DNA from: Salinispira sp.
GTDB taxonomy: Bacteria; Spirochaetota; Spirochaetia; DSM-27196; Salinispiraceae
DNA length: 64,000 nucleotides
Direction of reading: 5' to 3'
Assembly (NCBI GenBank): GCA_965226555.1
Contig: CBDDDG010000014.1
Coordinates: 32,001 to 96,000 of the forward strand
Shown one piece after another: positions 54,116-63,848 of the stretch (within the stretch, counting starts at the first letter, position 1; every line of letters starts with the position of its first letter). Below the pieces are notes generated by a model. It saw only the letters and a list, made by a program, of their open reading frames with translations, did no database searches and was not told the origin of the DNA. The position numbers and the translations under genes were made by a program.

Positions 54116-54560
54116 GCTGGCAAATATACCGGAATCAAAGGAGATATGTTTTTGAGTTCCGGCGTAACAGGTGATCTGATTCCCTCATGGTATTAGGAGT
54201 TTCATAGCCCGTAGGGGCCAGCCCTGCCCCCTACCTCAGGTGCAGAACAGGAGCGAAACAAACTGTTTTTTATGATGAAAATGCTATTGTATTTGATGAC
54301 CCCGAGCATTCTCATTCAGAAGACAGATTCATCATCGTTGGTTTTTGTACTCAGGGAAAACTACTTCTTGCATGTTTCTGTGAGAGAAGTGAGGATATCA
54401 TCAGAATAATTTCTACCAATCGCTTATGAGCCTCTATTTACGATCTTGCGCGATATCCAGAAAAAAATCCCTTATAAAAAGAATAAAAAGGCACTATGGG
54501 AAACCATACAAATCGGAATTTCGACATCCGTAACGCTGTCGGTCATAATGCGCCCAAGGC
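54116..54560 (+). repeat. Direct duplicate of 50322-50754 plus 52483-52498 (lipoprotein tail, 3' region, BrnT fragment 54259-54429)
   Basis: Near-identical over about 430 bp; lacks the IS. Confidence 0.95.
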
Positions 54561-54655
54561 AAAACTTTAGTTCAGGCAAAACTTTATCAATGCAAAAGTT
54601 TCCAATATAATGAGGAATAAATATCCGCGGGTTAATAGTGAGGTTTGATGTTTTC

Positions 54656-55342
54656 ATGAATAGAGTAATTTTCCGCCGCATAACAGCGCTCCCCCCTACG
54701 CCAACGCGTGCGCCAGCGCCCCCCCGAGCGCCAGCCCTTGCGCTTGTGCTTGTATGCAGTATTGCATTGTATTCCTGTCTTGCTCATCGCGCAAAACTTG
54801 AAGTACATACTGACGGCAGCGGCTTCATTATGCTGGAATATGATATTAACGATGATTTTCTCACCTTTGCCCAGTACGATGACATTGAAAGTCAGATAAG
54901 CCTTCCGGTAAATAAGCATGAATTCCGCCGTATTGCCGCGCTTACACCAGGGCTGGAGCTCATAAAATATGCATCGAAAAAAAACGAGAATATAACACAG
55001 ATATCAGCGACATTGAAATTCAATACTCCCGAAGTACTGCGTTCTCTTTACGGGGAAAAATATCAGTTCAGCGCGCGCCCTTGGCGGCTGACAATTCCCC
55101 TTGTGGAGGGGCTTGCGGATATGGAGGCGCAACGCATACAGGCTCTTAGCGAACTCAGTCCGGAGATCAGCCTGAGCTTTTCATTTTCCTTCAGCAATGC
55201 CGAAACGAAGTATGAATTTATCGGAACAGAGCCGCCTACAATTGATCGGACCCATGAAAACGGATTGGAACTTAATTTCTCATACTCGCTGCAGGATCTG
55301 TCTGGGTTTGACGGTCCGGTCTTCATTGTATTCCATATCTAG
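54656..55342 (+). CDS. Putative lipoprotein, hypothetical
   Basis: Hydrophobic stretch ending LYSC; DGSG motif. Confidence 0.7.
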   Translation: MNRVIFRRITALPPTPTRAPAPPRAPALALVLVCSIALYSCLAHRAKLEVHTDGSGFIMLEYDINDDFLTFAQYDDIESQISLPVNKHEFRRIAALTPGLELIKYASKKNENITQISATLKFNTPEVLRSLYGEKYQFSARPWRLTIPLVEGLADMEAQRIQALSELSPEISLSFSFSFSNAETKYEFIGTEPPTIDRTHENGLELNFSYSLQDLSGFDGPVFIVFHI

Positions 55343-55360
55343 CAGGGAGCGAGTGGACGT

Positions 55361-55759
55361 ATGGCGCATCCAAAAATAAAAAAATTTCAGAAAGGCCTGC
55401 ATGCGATGTTCGATGAGATAGATGATTATCTCGAAGACCGATACGGCAAACTCCTTATGCTGCATCCCAACCGGCCGCCCCGGGGAAGCACGGCCAGTAA
55501 GGCGCAGGATGGCCTCTTCGATATCGGCGCTCAGTTCAGCGCGGGCTACAACAGCACATTCGGACGCGGATATTCCATCGATCTGAAAATTGTAAGCCTT
55601 GAAAAAATCAGTGAAGACCTCTACCGGAAAATAATAGATGATCTCATTATCCGTATAAATGAGAAACTCAAAACCTATTTTCCCGAACGTACATTATGGG
55701 TGGAGGAAGATATCAGGAGTCTGAAAATTGTCGGTAATCTCTCTCTCGGAGATGTCTGA
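55361..55759 (+). CDS. Conserved hypothetical protein
   Basis: 132-aa ORF, DDYLEDRYG..LHPNRPPRG..DGLF. Confidence 0.75.
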   Translation: MAHPKIKKFQKGLHAMFDEIDDYLEDRYGKLLMLHPNRPPRGSTASKAQDGLFDIGAQFSAGYNSTFGRGYSIDLKIVSLEKISEDLYRKIIDDLIIRINEKLKTYFPERTLWVEEDIRSLKIVGNLSLGDV

Positions 55760-55804
55760 CTATCCGTCCCCCTGACTGCCGCCTCGCTGGCACCACCGCA
55801 GCCC

Positions 55805-56935
55805 CTACCCAAGCTCTGTTTCAGGACCGCGAATTTTTTCCTGAATACCTATCTGTTTTTGCAGATCATCCGAAGTTTCACGGAGCTGTTGAAGCTGATC
55901 CTCAAGAGATGCTATTTGCCTGCGGATTGATTGTTCTTTCTGATAAATGCGTGTCTGCTTTTCTTTCAGGGTATGTATCTGCTGCGCCGCCTCAATTTTC
56001 TGAATGAGTTTCTCCAATGCGGCATTTTCTTCCAATATGGTTTTAATTCTGGTGAATGAGGCGCCGCATTGTTCAGGCGGGGCGGTTTTGAACTGCCGGA
56101 ACAGAATTTCTCCATTTTTTCTCAGTTTCATGCCCACTTCATTATCGCATTCAGAAATATGACGGCGCAGTTTTCTCGGGTACTGACCAGGATTCTGATC
56201 ACCCATAATTTCCCGGTACTTAGCCTGTATCTTTTGTAGTTCCTTGCGGTATTTTATAATTATCCGCTGAATTTCTGCTATTTTTTCGTTGTGCTTGTAT
56301 ATGGGAGAAAGAATTTCTTCTATTTTTTCATCCTCCCGAAATTCCGGGGTCTCGCTGACATCCTGTCCAATCTTCCTGAACATGTTAATAGTTTTCTGAT
56401 CCAGTTTTTTGTGCTTTCCCCGTAACATACGTTGACGCAGTATCTTCCTGAGTCCCCTTTTACCCGGGGAGGATATATCCATAGTACCTTCAAGGCGATG
56501 CTTCTCCTTGAATAGTTCGCCGAGGCGGGGGAGGAGGGCATTGTAATGAATGTATTGCTGAGGAATGCGGGAATATATATCGAATATCTGCGATCCGGCC
56601 TCTTCAAATAGTTTGGGCAAAGCAGATTCAAGCTGCTGTTGTTCGTTTTCCCGAAGATCAATGCTGTTTCCGAGTTCCTGCTGGTGCTTTTTGAACTGCT
56701 CTATATCCCTGACGATACGCAGAAAAGTATTCTTTTCTTTGAGAAGTTCATCGACGCGGTTCGTATTTTCATCATACTGTGAATTGTCGACTGTAGTGAG
56801 TTCCGAAGTGAGTTCCGAATGCTTCCTGCCTTTTTCAGCAATGTTCTGGTATTCCTGCTCAATGACCGAAAGATTACTTTCTATGGTATGTCGATGCTTT
56901 TTGATGATCTGATCATAATTCATATATACACTCAA
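55805..56935 (-). CDS. Coiled-coil hypothetical protein
   Basis: 376-aa E/K/Q-rich ORF coupled to the upstream ATPase. Confidence 0.7.
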   Translation of the reverse strand: MSVYMNYDQIIKKHRHTIESNLSVIEQEYQNIAEKGRKHSELTSELTTVDNSQYDENTNRVDELLKEKNTFLRIVRDIEQFKKHQQELGNSIDLRENEQQQLESALPKLFEEAGSQIFDIYSRIPQQYIHYNALLPRLGELFKEKHRLEGTMDISSPGKRGLRKILRQRMLRGKHKKLDQKTINMFRKIGQDVSETPEFREDEKIEEILSPIYKHNEKIAEIQRIIIKYRKELQKIQAKYREIMGDQNPGQYPRKLRRHISECDNEVGMKLRKNGEILFRQFKTAPPEQCGASFTRIKTILEENAALEKLIQKIEAAQQIHTLKEKQTRIYQKEQSIRRQIASLEDQLQQLRETSDDLQKQIGIQEKIRGPETELG

Positions 56936-57663
56936 TATTTGAGGACTTTTTCGAGAAACTGCTGTACCGATTTTTTTCTGGCATGCTCGAATACTCCCTC
57001 CGGCGGGCTGGACTCGGAAATTTCTCCATCGACCATGAACACAATATGATCGGCAACATGCCGGGCAAAGCCCATTGCATGAGTAACCATAATCAATTCC
57101 ATTCCTTCTTCACAGAGTTCTTCAACAAGATCAAGAACCTCAGCAGTGAATTCAGGATCTAGGGCGCTTGTCGGTTCATCGAGCATGAGTATTTCAGGTT
57201 CAATTGCTACTGCCCTGCTTATGGCAATACGCTGCTTCTGCCCCCCCGAGAGTTGTGAAGGTTTCTTATGCGAATGTTCCTCAAGCTGAAAGCGCTTGAG
57301 AAGAGTTATTGCCCGGTCTTCGGCTTCTTCAGTGGTGAAATTATGAACCTTTGTCAGGGGCAGGGTAATGTTTTGTAATGCGGTCAAATGAGGAAAGAGA
57401 TTATATGCCTGAAAAACCATTCCAATTGCGCTGCGGTATGTGCGCAGATACTCTTCCCTGTATTGTATTTCATGCTGATTAATTTTGATGGTTCCGTGTG
57501 TGGGGATCTCAAGACCCGCAAGAATGCGGAGAAGGGTGGTCTTTCCTCCTCCTGAGGGGCCGATAATAACGAGGCTGTGAATATCCTTCAGATCAAGGTG
57601 GATATTGCTTAGCACCTGATGATCGCCGTATGTTTTTGTTAGGTTGTGCAAATGCAGTTCCAT
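56932..57663 (-). CDS. Polar amino-acid ABC ATP-binding protein (GlnQ-like)
   Basis: GPSGGGKTT, MVFQAYNLFPHLT, LSGGQKQR, DEPTSALDPE. Confidence 0.93.
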   Translation of the reverse strand: MELHLHNLTKTYGDHQVLSNIHLDLKDIHSLVIIGPSGGGKTTLLRILAGLEIPTHGTIKINQHEIQYREEYLRTYRSAIGMVFQAYNLFPHLTALQNITLPLTKVHNFTTEEAEDRAITLLKRFQLEEHSHKKPSQLSGGQKQRIAISRAVAIEPEILMLDEPTSALDPEFTAEVLDLVEELCEEGMELIMVTHAMGFARHVADHIVFMVDGEISESSPPEGVFEHARKKSVQQFLEKVLKY

Positions 57664-57750
57664 GCCGCATCCTCCATTACCGCGAAGTATTATCAGAAAG
57701 CATATCAGTAAAATGCCTGCGCGCCAACCGCTCCATTGGCAACATCAATT

Positions 57751-59151
57751 TCATTGTTCTATTATATTAGAAGTATTGCGCTGTTGACAATACTTTCCAT
57801 AGAGGTTTCGCGCCTGTTCAAGGAGAAGAGGTTTTGTGTTGATATTCGGATGTTCCAGCGTTACTGCGAGCAATTGTGTGAGAATTGTTTTCATTGCGCT
57901 GCTCCGCGGAATGCCGGCTAAGGTATGAAGATCGTTTCCGTTCACTGCCAGATCGCTAATGCTCAGCGCGGTTTCATTGGCAAGCATGCGCTGTACCTGC
58001 GCTTTTACATTGTTGAGCCAGTCAGGGAAGGTTGTCAGATATGCCCCCTCTAAGCGGATTCGGTCGTCTGCCAGATCCCTGCCGACAGCGCTTATGAAGC
58101 GCCGAATGTCCGCAGCGGACATGTCGGGACGCGGGGAGGGCGCCTGAATGAGCCGGTACACCCGCTGTATCTGGGCGCGGGAGTAGCGGAGCCTTCGGCA
58201 AATGTCCCGTGCCAGCTCAGCCGATTCATGCCCGCCCGCTGCGCTCCCCGTGCCGCCCGCTGCGCTCCCCGTGCCGCCCGCTGCGTTCCCCGTGCCGCCC
58301 GCTGCGTTCCCCGCGCGCCGATGCTCTCCCGCCGGCGCAATTTTATGAAGGAGGGCAGCAAGCCGGAGTTCAAGATTCTGCGGACTGCAATCGCAGCTTG
58401 CAAGCAGGTGCGCAAAAAGCGATTTTCCACTGTCATGCCGCATAATTTTCCGTGTTCTCTCGAGCTGGGGAATAATGAACGGAAGAATTCCCTTATCTGC
58501 TGCGATGAGCAGATTCCGGCTGGGGCATGAAGAACAGAGTATTTTATTGAATTCGTTGCGAATACGTTCTATTGACACCCGTTCAAGATTTTTCCTGCAT
58601 ATATGCATGGCTTCAAGGGTATCTTTATGAATAGTGAAATTAAGTACGGCAGCAAAACGAAGTCCGCGGATAATCCTCAGCCCGTCCTCATGAAATCGCT
58701 CCACCGGATTCCCGACCGTTCTCACAATTTTACGGTGAACATCGCATCTTCCCTCGTGCGGATCGAGCAGCCGCTCCGAGCGCGGCCCCCAGGCCATAGC
58801 ATTAATGGTAAAATCACGCCGCCTGAGATCATCAAAAATACTCACCCCATATTCAACACTGTCGGGATGCCGAGAATTACCGTATGTGCCGTCTATTCTG
58901 AATGTTGTTATTTCATAGGTATTTTTTCTGAATCGTATCGTAACCGTTCCATGCCGTATTCCGGTGGGAATAACATAACGAAAGAGTGAGATAATATCAT
59001 CCGGCCGCGCGTCAGTAGCAAGATCCCAGTCGATGGGAGGCTTTCCAAGAATCATATTTCTTACTGCTCCGCCGACAATGTACAGGCAGAAACCAGCTTC
59101 ATGAAGTGTTTTGTCTATTATATATATGTCTCTCGGAATGTGATCCTTCAT
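57751..59151 (-). CDS. cca: CCA tRNA nucleotidyltransferase / poly(A) polymerase family
   Basis: VGGAVR..DWDLAT, EITTFR, RRDFTINA, EDGLRIIR. Confidence 0.9.
   Translation of the reverse strand: MKDHIPRDIYIIDKTLHEAGFCLYIVGGAVRNMILGKPPIDWDLATDARPDDIISLFRYVIPTGIRHGTVTIRFRKNTYEITTFRIDGTYGNSRHPDSVEYGVSIFDDLRRRDFTINAMAWGPRSERLLDPHEGRCDVHRKIVRTVGNPVERFHEDGLRIIRGLRFAAVLNFTIHKDTLEAMHICRKNLERVSIERIRNEFNKILCSSCPSRNLLIAADKGILPFIIPQLERTRKIMRHDSGKSLFAHLLASCDCSPQNLELRLAALLHKIAPAGEHRRAGNAAGGTGNAAGGTGSAAGGTGSAAGGHESAELARDICRRLRYSRAQIQRVYRLIQAPSPRPDMSAADIRRFISAVGRDLADDRIRLEGAYLTTFPDWLNNVKAQVQRMLANETALSISDLAVNGNDLHTLAGIPRSSAMKTILTQLLAVTLEHPNINTKPLLLEQARNLYGKYCQQRNTSNIIEQ
58231..58313. repeat. 21-bp tandem repeat x4, in frame within cca
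   Basis: GCCCGCTGCG(C/T)TCCCCGTGCC units encoding G(N/S)AAGGT. Confidence 0.9.
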
Positions 59152-59165
59152 ACTGTCAATATACT

Positions 59166-59199
59166 AAAAAAAGCTGGTTCCATACAGAATGAAACCAGC
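59166..59199 (-). terminator. Intrinsic terminator after flaB
   Basis: GCTGGTTTCA..TGGAACCAGC-TTTTTTT on the minus strand. Confidence 0.8.
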
Positions 59200-59252
59200 C
59201 TCTGAGTGCCTCAAGCGTCCGCTGCATATGATCTTTGAGCGCCGCTATATAA

Positions 59253-60125
59253 TTACTGAAGGAGCTGAAGAATACTCTGATTTTTCTGATTCGCCTGAGC
59301 AAGCATGGCAAGGCTGCTCTGTGAAAGAATCTGATTCTTCACAAACTCAACAGTTTCCATGGCCATGTCCACATCGCGAATGCGGCTTTCAGCCGACTGC
59401 AAATTTTCTGCCCCAATAGTAATTCCCTTACGCGCAAGTTCAAGACGTGTTTGGTAGGCTCCAAGATCTGCCCGCTGCTTGCTTACCATTTCCATAGCAG
59501 TATCCACGGCTCCAATGACAACATTGGAAAGTTCAGGGGTCGATACGCTTATAAAACTCGCTGAATGGGGAAACCCAGACTTACTCTGAAGCCCAAGCGA
59601 CTGAGCAGTCATGGTACCAATAAATATCCGTTCCCGTTGGTCCATGTTTGCGCCGATATGAAACCACATACTTGCTGTTACTGCGTTCACTCCCGTTTCC
59701 CGGGCAAAACGTCCGGTAAGTAAGTTCATACCGTTAAACTGAGCATGACTTGAAACCCTATTAATTTCGTCAACAAGCTGACTTATTTCAACTTGAATAT
59801 ATGTTCTGTCTTCATTGGTATAGATACCATTTGAAGATTGAATAGCCAGTTCGCGAATTCTGTGAAGAATTTCCTGTGTTTCAGAGAGGTATCCCTCTGT
59901 AGTCTGAATAAGCGAAATACCGTCAGCAGCATTGCGGTCTGCCTGATTAAGGCCGCGGATCTGACTGCGCATTTTTTCCGAAACGGCAAGTCCAGAGGCG
60001 TCATCGCCTGCGCGGTTAATACGAAGTCCAGAAGACAATTTTTCAATATTTCTGTCCAAATCAATATTATTGAACTTGTTCTGGCGGTTGGCAAACATTG
60101 CAATCAGGTTGTGATTAATAATCAT
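59253..60125 (-). CDS. flaB: Periplasmic flagellar filament core protein
   Basis: [58 protein letters not shown]. Confidence 0.97.
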   Translation of the reverse strand: MIINHNLIAMFANRQNKFNNIDLDRNIEKLSSGLRINRAGDDASGLAVSEKMRSQIRGLNQADRNAADGISLIQTTEGYLSETQEILHRIRELAIQSSNGIYTNEDRTYIQVEISQLVDEINRVSSHAQFNGMNLLTGRFARETGVNAVTASMWFHIGANMDQRERIFIGTMTAQSLGLQSKSGFPHSASFISVSTPELSNVVIGAVDTAMEMVSKQRADLGAYQTRLELARKGITIGAENLQSAESRIRDVDMAMETVEFVKNQILSQSSLAMLAQANQKNQSILQLLQ

Positions 60126-60161
60126 ACAATCCTCCATGATTGTTCCTCTTGCGAGGAGGTG

Positions 60162-60179
60162 TCCGACATCCTTGTCGGA
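60162..60179 (-). promoter_or_regulatory. CsrA-type hairpin in the flaB leader
   Basis: TCCGAC-AAGGAT-GTCGGA contains ACAAGGATGT with GGA in the loop. Confidence 0.7.
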
Positions 60180-60256
60180 GATTAGGAATGCTTTTATATC
60201 CTTAGCATTCTCCCATTTGTAGAAGGTTTTGCATTTTGCAAAACATTCTATGTTGA

Positions 60257-60283
60257 TATTCGGAGAAAAAATAGTGTACTTTA
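60257..60283 (-). promoter_or_regulatory. Sigma28-like promoter of flaB
   Basis: TAAA-N15-TCCGAATA. Confidence 0.6.
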
Positions 60284-60302
60284 GGAGAAACTTTTGCATT
60301 GA

Positions 60303-60356
60303 TAAAGTTTTGCCTTGGAAAATTGTGCAAGCACAATTTTCAGTAGCAAAACTTTG
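60303..60356. repeat. Palindromic element, long core
   Basis: AAAGTTTTGCCTTGGAAAATTGTGCAAGCACAATTTTCAGTAGCAAAACTTT, with an extra half-site at 60287-60300. Confidence 0.9.
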
Positions 60357-60392
60357 TTATAGATATAGGTACAGTAGCAGGGAAGGATAATA

Positions 60393-62102
60393 ATGCCGAA
60401 AACTACGCATGATTTAGCAAAGACTCTCTCCGAGCAGGAACGGCTCCAACTCCTTAAAAAACTAACAGATAATCTTGCCCTTTCTGAAACACATGAGAAT
60501 GTGCCAGTTCAGACAAAGCCCTCATTAACAAAAAGGCAGCAGGATATCCATTCAGGCATGGAGGGTATGAACCTTTGGGAAAAAATTAAACTTCTTCTGC
60601 GGACAGTATTTTCTTCAAAGGTTGAAGAAGACGTTTTCATAGATATGCAGCTGAAAAAAATCTACCGGCACATTCAGGATCAGGATATTGAATGTGTTCG
60701 CGGAACCTTACTCACGACCGATTTTGTGCGCCTGTACGTACGATTTTACAAGATCCTTAAACCCTTTCTGAGTTTGTATGCCCAATTGTGGCAGGAGTCG
60801 GCACTTCTGATCAATATGGTTAATTTTATCCTTGAAAAAAAAATTCCTCAGACAAAGCAGACCCTCTCCGACTTTACCCCCATAGAAGAATTGCAGAAAT
60901 ATTTTACGAAACACGAAAATAAACAGGTAATGAAGACCCGTGTTGTCGAAAAAATTAACCATTACTTTGCGCGCATTCCCACGGAAATATTTCAGGAAAT
61001 TGGAGAGAGTATTCTTACACTCTATCATTATAAAAATCTGGCATTGTTCAACTTTACGAGATTCATAACCGCGTTTAAAGGAGAATCTCCCGAAGGGAAT
61101 GTTGTCTTTTTGCAGGTTGATCTGAATTATATTCTTAACGAGCTTGAGGAACTATACTTTGCGCTCAATAATGTACAGGAAATTCGATTGAGCGGAACAA
61201 TTCATAAAGAAATTTTCGATTATATAACACTCATTCAGGAAGATATGGTACAGACAGGAGAAATTGAGCATAGCCCCCAACATATACTCAGAGAAGTGGG
61301 AGAAGCAGTTAAAGATTTTCTGGACAGATCGCAGATTCTTAACATTATTAAAATTGCAAAAAATGACCCCTATTATGAAATTGCCTCATTTCACTGTACT
61401 CTGGATATCAGAAATTTCTACAATACCTCACTGCAGCTGAAAATTATGGATGAACTTGAAGCGAGCTTCGTTCAGATCAGAAGGAATTTTATCGCCAATC
61501 AAAAAGATAAAATATTCAGGGAACCGATGAACAATTTTGAAAATTACCGCCGCGGCCTCAGCGACAGTAATACGAAAATGCAGAGTTTTCATTACGTAAA
61601 CAGTCTCCAGTTTCTCTATCATTTTCTGAAGTACCGTTTTGAAAAAGATTTTATCTTTACCCTGAAAATAATATCCCGTTTTCTCATGACCCACGATCGT
61701 GAGAGACATTCAGATTTTGCTGTGAGTGTTTCCGTCCTTGAAAATCTTGCGGATAAGATCAGATATTTTGATCAGAACCTTGCTCCGCTTGCCGATGAGG
61801 GCAAAAAATTTCACATGCTGCGGGCACAGGCAAGAGATGATGCCTCCCGTGTGGAATTTTTTAATGAGTACATACAGCAAAAAAATGCTGAGGTTACTGA
61901 ATATCTCAACCAGGGAGATGTTCTGTTTACTACCCTGAACCATCATCTCAGCCGTTTACGGGGAATAGATTCTTCAGATATATATAATACCCTGTCGCTG
62001 GAAATAGAAAATAACCGGAAGATGATCAACAGAATGCTGGAAGAAATTAAAATTATGCAGAAAATATTATTTTATGAACGGCAGCTTGAAGATGAAAGGT
62101 AA
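60393..62102 (+). CDS. Spirochaete conserved protein (DUF5312-like)
   Basis: 569-aa helical ORF starting LSEQERLQLLKKL; family call from memory. Confidence 0.6.
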   Translation: MPKTTHDLAKTLSEQERLQLLKKLTDNLALSETHENVPVQTKPSLTKRQQDIHSGMEGMNLWEKIKLLLRTVFSSKVEEDVFIDMQLKKIYRHIQDQDIECVRGTLLTTDFVRLYVRFYKILKPFLSLYAQLWQESALLINMVNFILEKKIPQTKQTLSDFTPIEELQKYFTKHENKQVMKTRVVEKINHYFARIPTEIFQEIGESILTLYHYKNLALFNFTRFITAFKGESPEGNVVFLQVDLNYILNELEELYFALNNVQEIRLSGTIHKEIFDYITLIQEDMVQTGEIEHSPQHILREVGEAVKDFLDRSQILNIIKIAKNDPYYEIASFHCTLDIRNFYNTSLQLKIMDELEASFVQIRRNFIANQKDKIFREPMNNFENYRRGLSDSNTKMQSFHYVNSLQFLYHFLKYRFEKDFIFTLKIISRFLMTHDRERHSDFAVSVSVLENLADKIRYFDQNLAPLADEGKKFHMLRAQARDDASRVEFFNEYIQQKNAEVTEYLNQGDVLFTTLNHHLSRLRGIDSSDIYNTLSLEIENNRKMINRMLEEIKIMQKILFYERQLEDER

Positions 62103-62152
62103 TGTGCCGTTCTCAAAACCCGAAACCCCTGCTGAGCGGTACGCACAAAATT

Positions 62153-62986
62153 TTATTGGTTTTTCTCCAGAGGTTCTGTTAATGCGTTCCGGATCAGCGC
62201 AGAAACATCGAGAACATCGTTTCCGGTTTCTGTTGCCGCCTTCAGATATTCCAGCAGACCCGGATAGGAGTTAAGAATATCTGCAATTTCTTTCAAACTT
62301 TCCACCTTACTCTGGGTGCGGATACTGCTTTCTACTTCGAGTACAGCATAGTATTCTTCCTTCGCTGTCCGGTACAGCTCAAGATCCGGCAGGGTAAACC
62401 TCGTCAGGTTCAGGGAAAGAATTTCTATGTGTTGAGGTATGCCCTCACGGATGATCCTGTCCAGCTCCGACTGAAAAACGGTAATGACGGAAGTATCATC
62501 ATTTTCAGCCTGAATGCGGTTAATAATGTCCGGTATATGCTGGTTCATCAATAATTGAATATCGGGAGCGAGGCTTTCAAGATATTCCTCGTGGGTATCG
62601 GGACGAAGGCCCTCGTTTTCAGCAAGTTCAGGGAGTTTTTCAGGAACAATATGGTACTCAATCTCACCCTCAACAGCATAGGTAAAATCTGGTGAGGAAG
62701 GAATGTAGTTTCTGTAGGTTTCTCCGCTCGGGAGGGTTTCGGAAAATACTATGCCGATGGTTTTGCGGATGTCTGAAAAATGATACCGCTGCTGGACAGT
62801 CGGAAAAACTGCCTCCCATTGCCAGACAAACTCGCCGGAGCGAATTACTTCACGTTGCCAGCCGCTGGTTTTCGTATGGATAACAACGATATCCCCGGGC
62901 TTAACGTATAATTGGGTCCAGCCGAGAAAAAAGATAATTCCGCCAGCTATGAGGAGTAAAATTATTGATACAATAAAACCTTTCAT
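62153..62986 (-). CDS. Membrane-anchored SPFH-like hypothetical protein
   Basis: N-terminal TM, GWTQL.V.PG...KTSG...GEFVWQWE. Confidence 0.65.
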   Translation of the reverse strand: MKGFIVSIILLLIAGGIIFFLGWTQLYVKPGDIVVIHTKTSGWQREVIRSGEFVWQWEAVFPTVQQRYHFSDIRKTIGIVFSETLPSGETYRNYIPSSPDFTYAVEGEIEYHIVPEKLPELAENEGLRPDTHEEYLESLAPDIQLLMNQHIPDIINRIQAENDDTSVITVFQSELDRIIREGIPQHIEILSLNLTRFTLPDLELYRTAKEEYYAVLEVESSIRTQSKVESLKEIADILNSYPGLLEYLKAATETGNDVLDVSALIRNALTEPLEKNQ

Positions 62987-63039
62987 TTCTTACATTAAAG
63001 CACATATATGGTATTATATGCAATGAAAACAATACGAGA

Positions 63040-63093
63040 AGCTTTTGCATTGGAAAATTGTGCAAGCACAATTTCCATGAGCAAAACTTTGTA
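63040..63093. repeat. Palindromic element, long core
   Basis: TTTTGCATTGGAAAATTGTGCAAGCACAATTTCCATGAGCAAAACTTT. Confidence 0.9.
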
Positions 63094-63120
63094 GGTGTGA
63101 ATAAAATTATTCAAAGAGTC

Positions 63121-63456
63121 ATGAATCACTTTCTTATGCGCGCTCTTCATTTTCTTGAGAAAATGAGCTTCTATTTTTTCTGCGCCTCCCTTGCTATTTT
63201 CCTCCTCTATGTTCTGGGAAATTTTCAGATCTTTCTGGAAGACACCCAACTATTACTCCTTTCAATGGTTCAGATAATGAGTATTGTTGGTATCGATATT
63301 ATTGTGTATTACATACTCTTTCTTTTTTATTGGAGCTATACAAGAAAAAAAATACTCGTTAGGCATTTCCTGTATGGTTTTTGCATTCTTCTGGGAGATA
63401 TTTTCCTGGCAGTCATATCCTTACTCGTTCAGGAATTCACACAGGGGATCGCATGA
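63121..63456 (+). CDS. Small membrane protein
   Basis: Three hydrophobic segments, GNFQIFLED; coupled to aroH. Confidence 0.7.
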   Translation: MNHFLMRALHFLEKMSFYFFCASLAIFLLYVLGNFQIFLEDTQLLLLSMVQIMSIVGIDIIVYYILFLFYWSYTRKKILVRHFLYGFCILLGDIFLAVISLLVQEFTQGIA

Positions 63457-63848
63457 AAAAATATGAGCAGGCGCTTCGTGTGTGGAGTGTGCGGGGAGCG
63501 GTAAATCTCGATGCGGCCGATAAGCGGCAGATGATATCCCGCATTACGGAACTGCTGTCAGAAATCATCGGCAGAAACGGCATTGAGAATAGCGCCATCA
63601 TCAATATCCAGTTTACTCAGACCGAAGACATAGACTTTTGCAATGCGGCATATGCGGCGCGTGCGGGCGGAATGAGAGACATCGCCTCCGCCGTCCCGCT
63701 CTTTTGCAGCCTCGAACCCACATATCCACAGAGCCTGAGCCTGACAATCCGCATTATGCTCAGTTATTACCACAGTCATGATCACTGTCCTGAACCGGTA
63801 TACCTATACGAAACAAAAAACATGCGCAAGGATCTCCTGAATGACTGA
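63453..63848 (+). CDS. aroH: AroH-type chorismate mutase
   Basis: VRGA, FTQTEDI, VPLFCSLEP, IRIML, PVYL....MRKDL. Confidence 0.85.
   Translation: MKKYEQALRVWSVRGAVNLDAADKRQMISRITELLSEIIGRNGIENSAIINIQFTQTEDIDFCNAAYAARAGGMRDIASAVPLFCSLEPTYPQSLSLTIRIMLSYYHSHDHCPEPVYLYETKNMRKDLLND

Noticed and set aside
50322..54197. Diversity-generating retroelement (lipoprotein 4 tail vs duplicate as VR/TR)
   Set aside because: Mismatches include G/T and T/C pairs (GGG vs TTG, TTG vs CTG), so they are not adenine-restricted, and no reverse transcriptase is in the window
60121..60135. 15-bp identity of flaB and rpnB start regions (GGAGGATTGTATGAT)
   Set aside because: Mostly RBS plus ATG, so low information; cannot be distinguished from chance
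60126..60299. N-terminal extension of FlaB
   Set aside because: Canonical MIINHN start with RBS at 60125; upstream is promoter and leader
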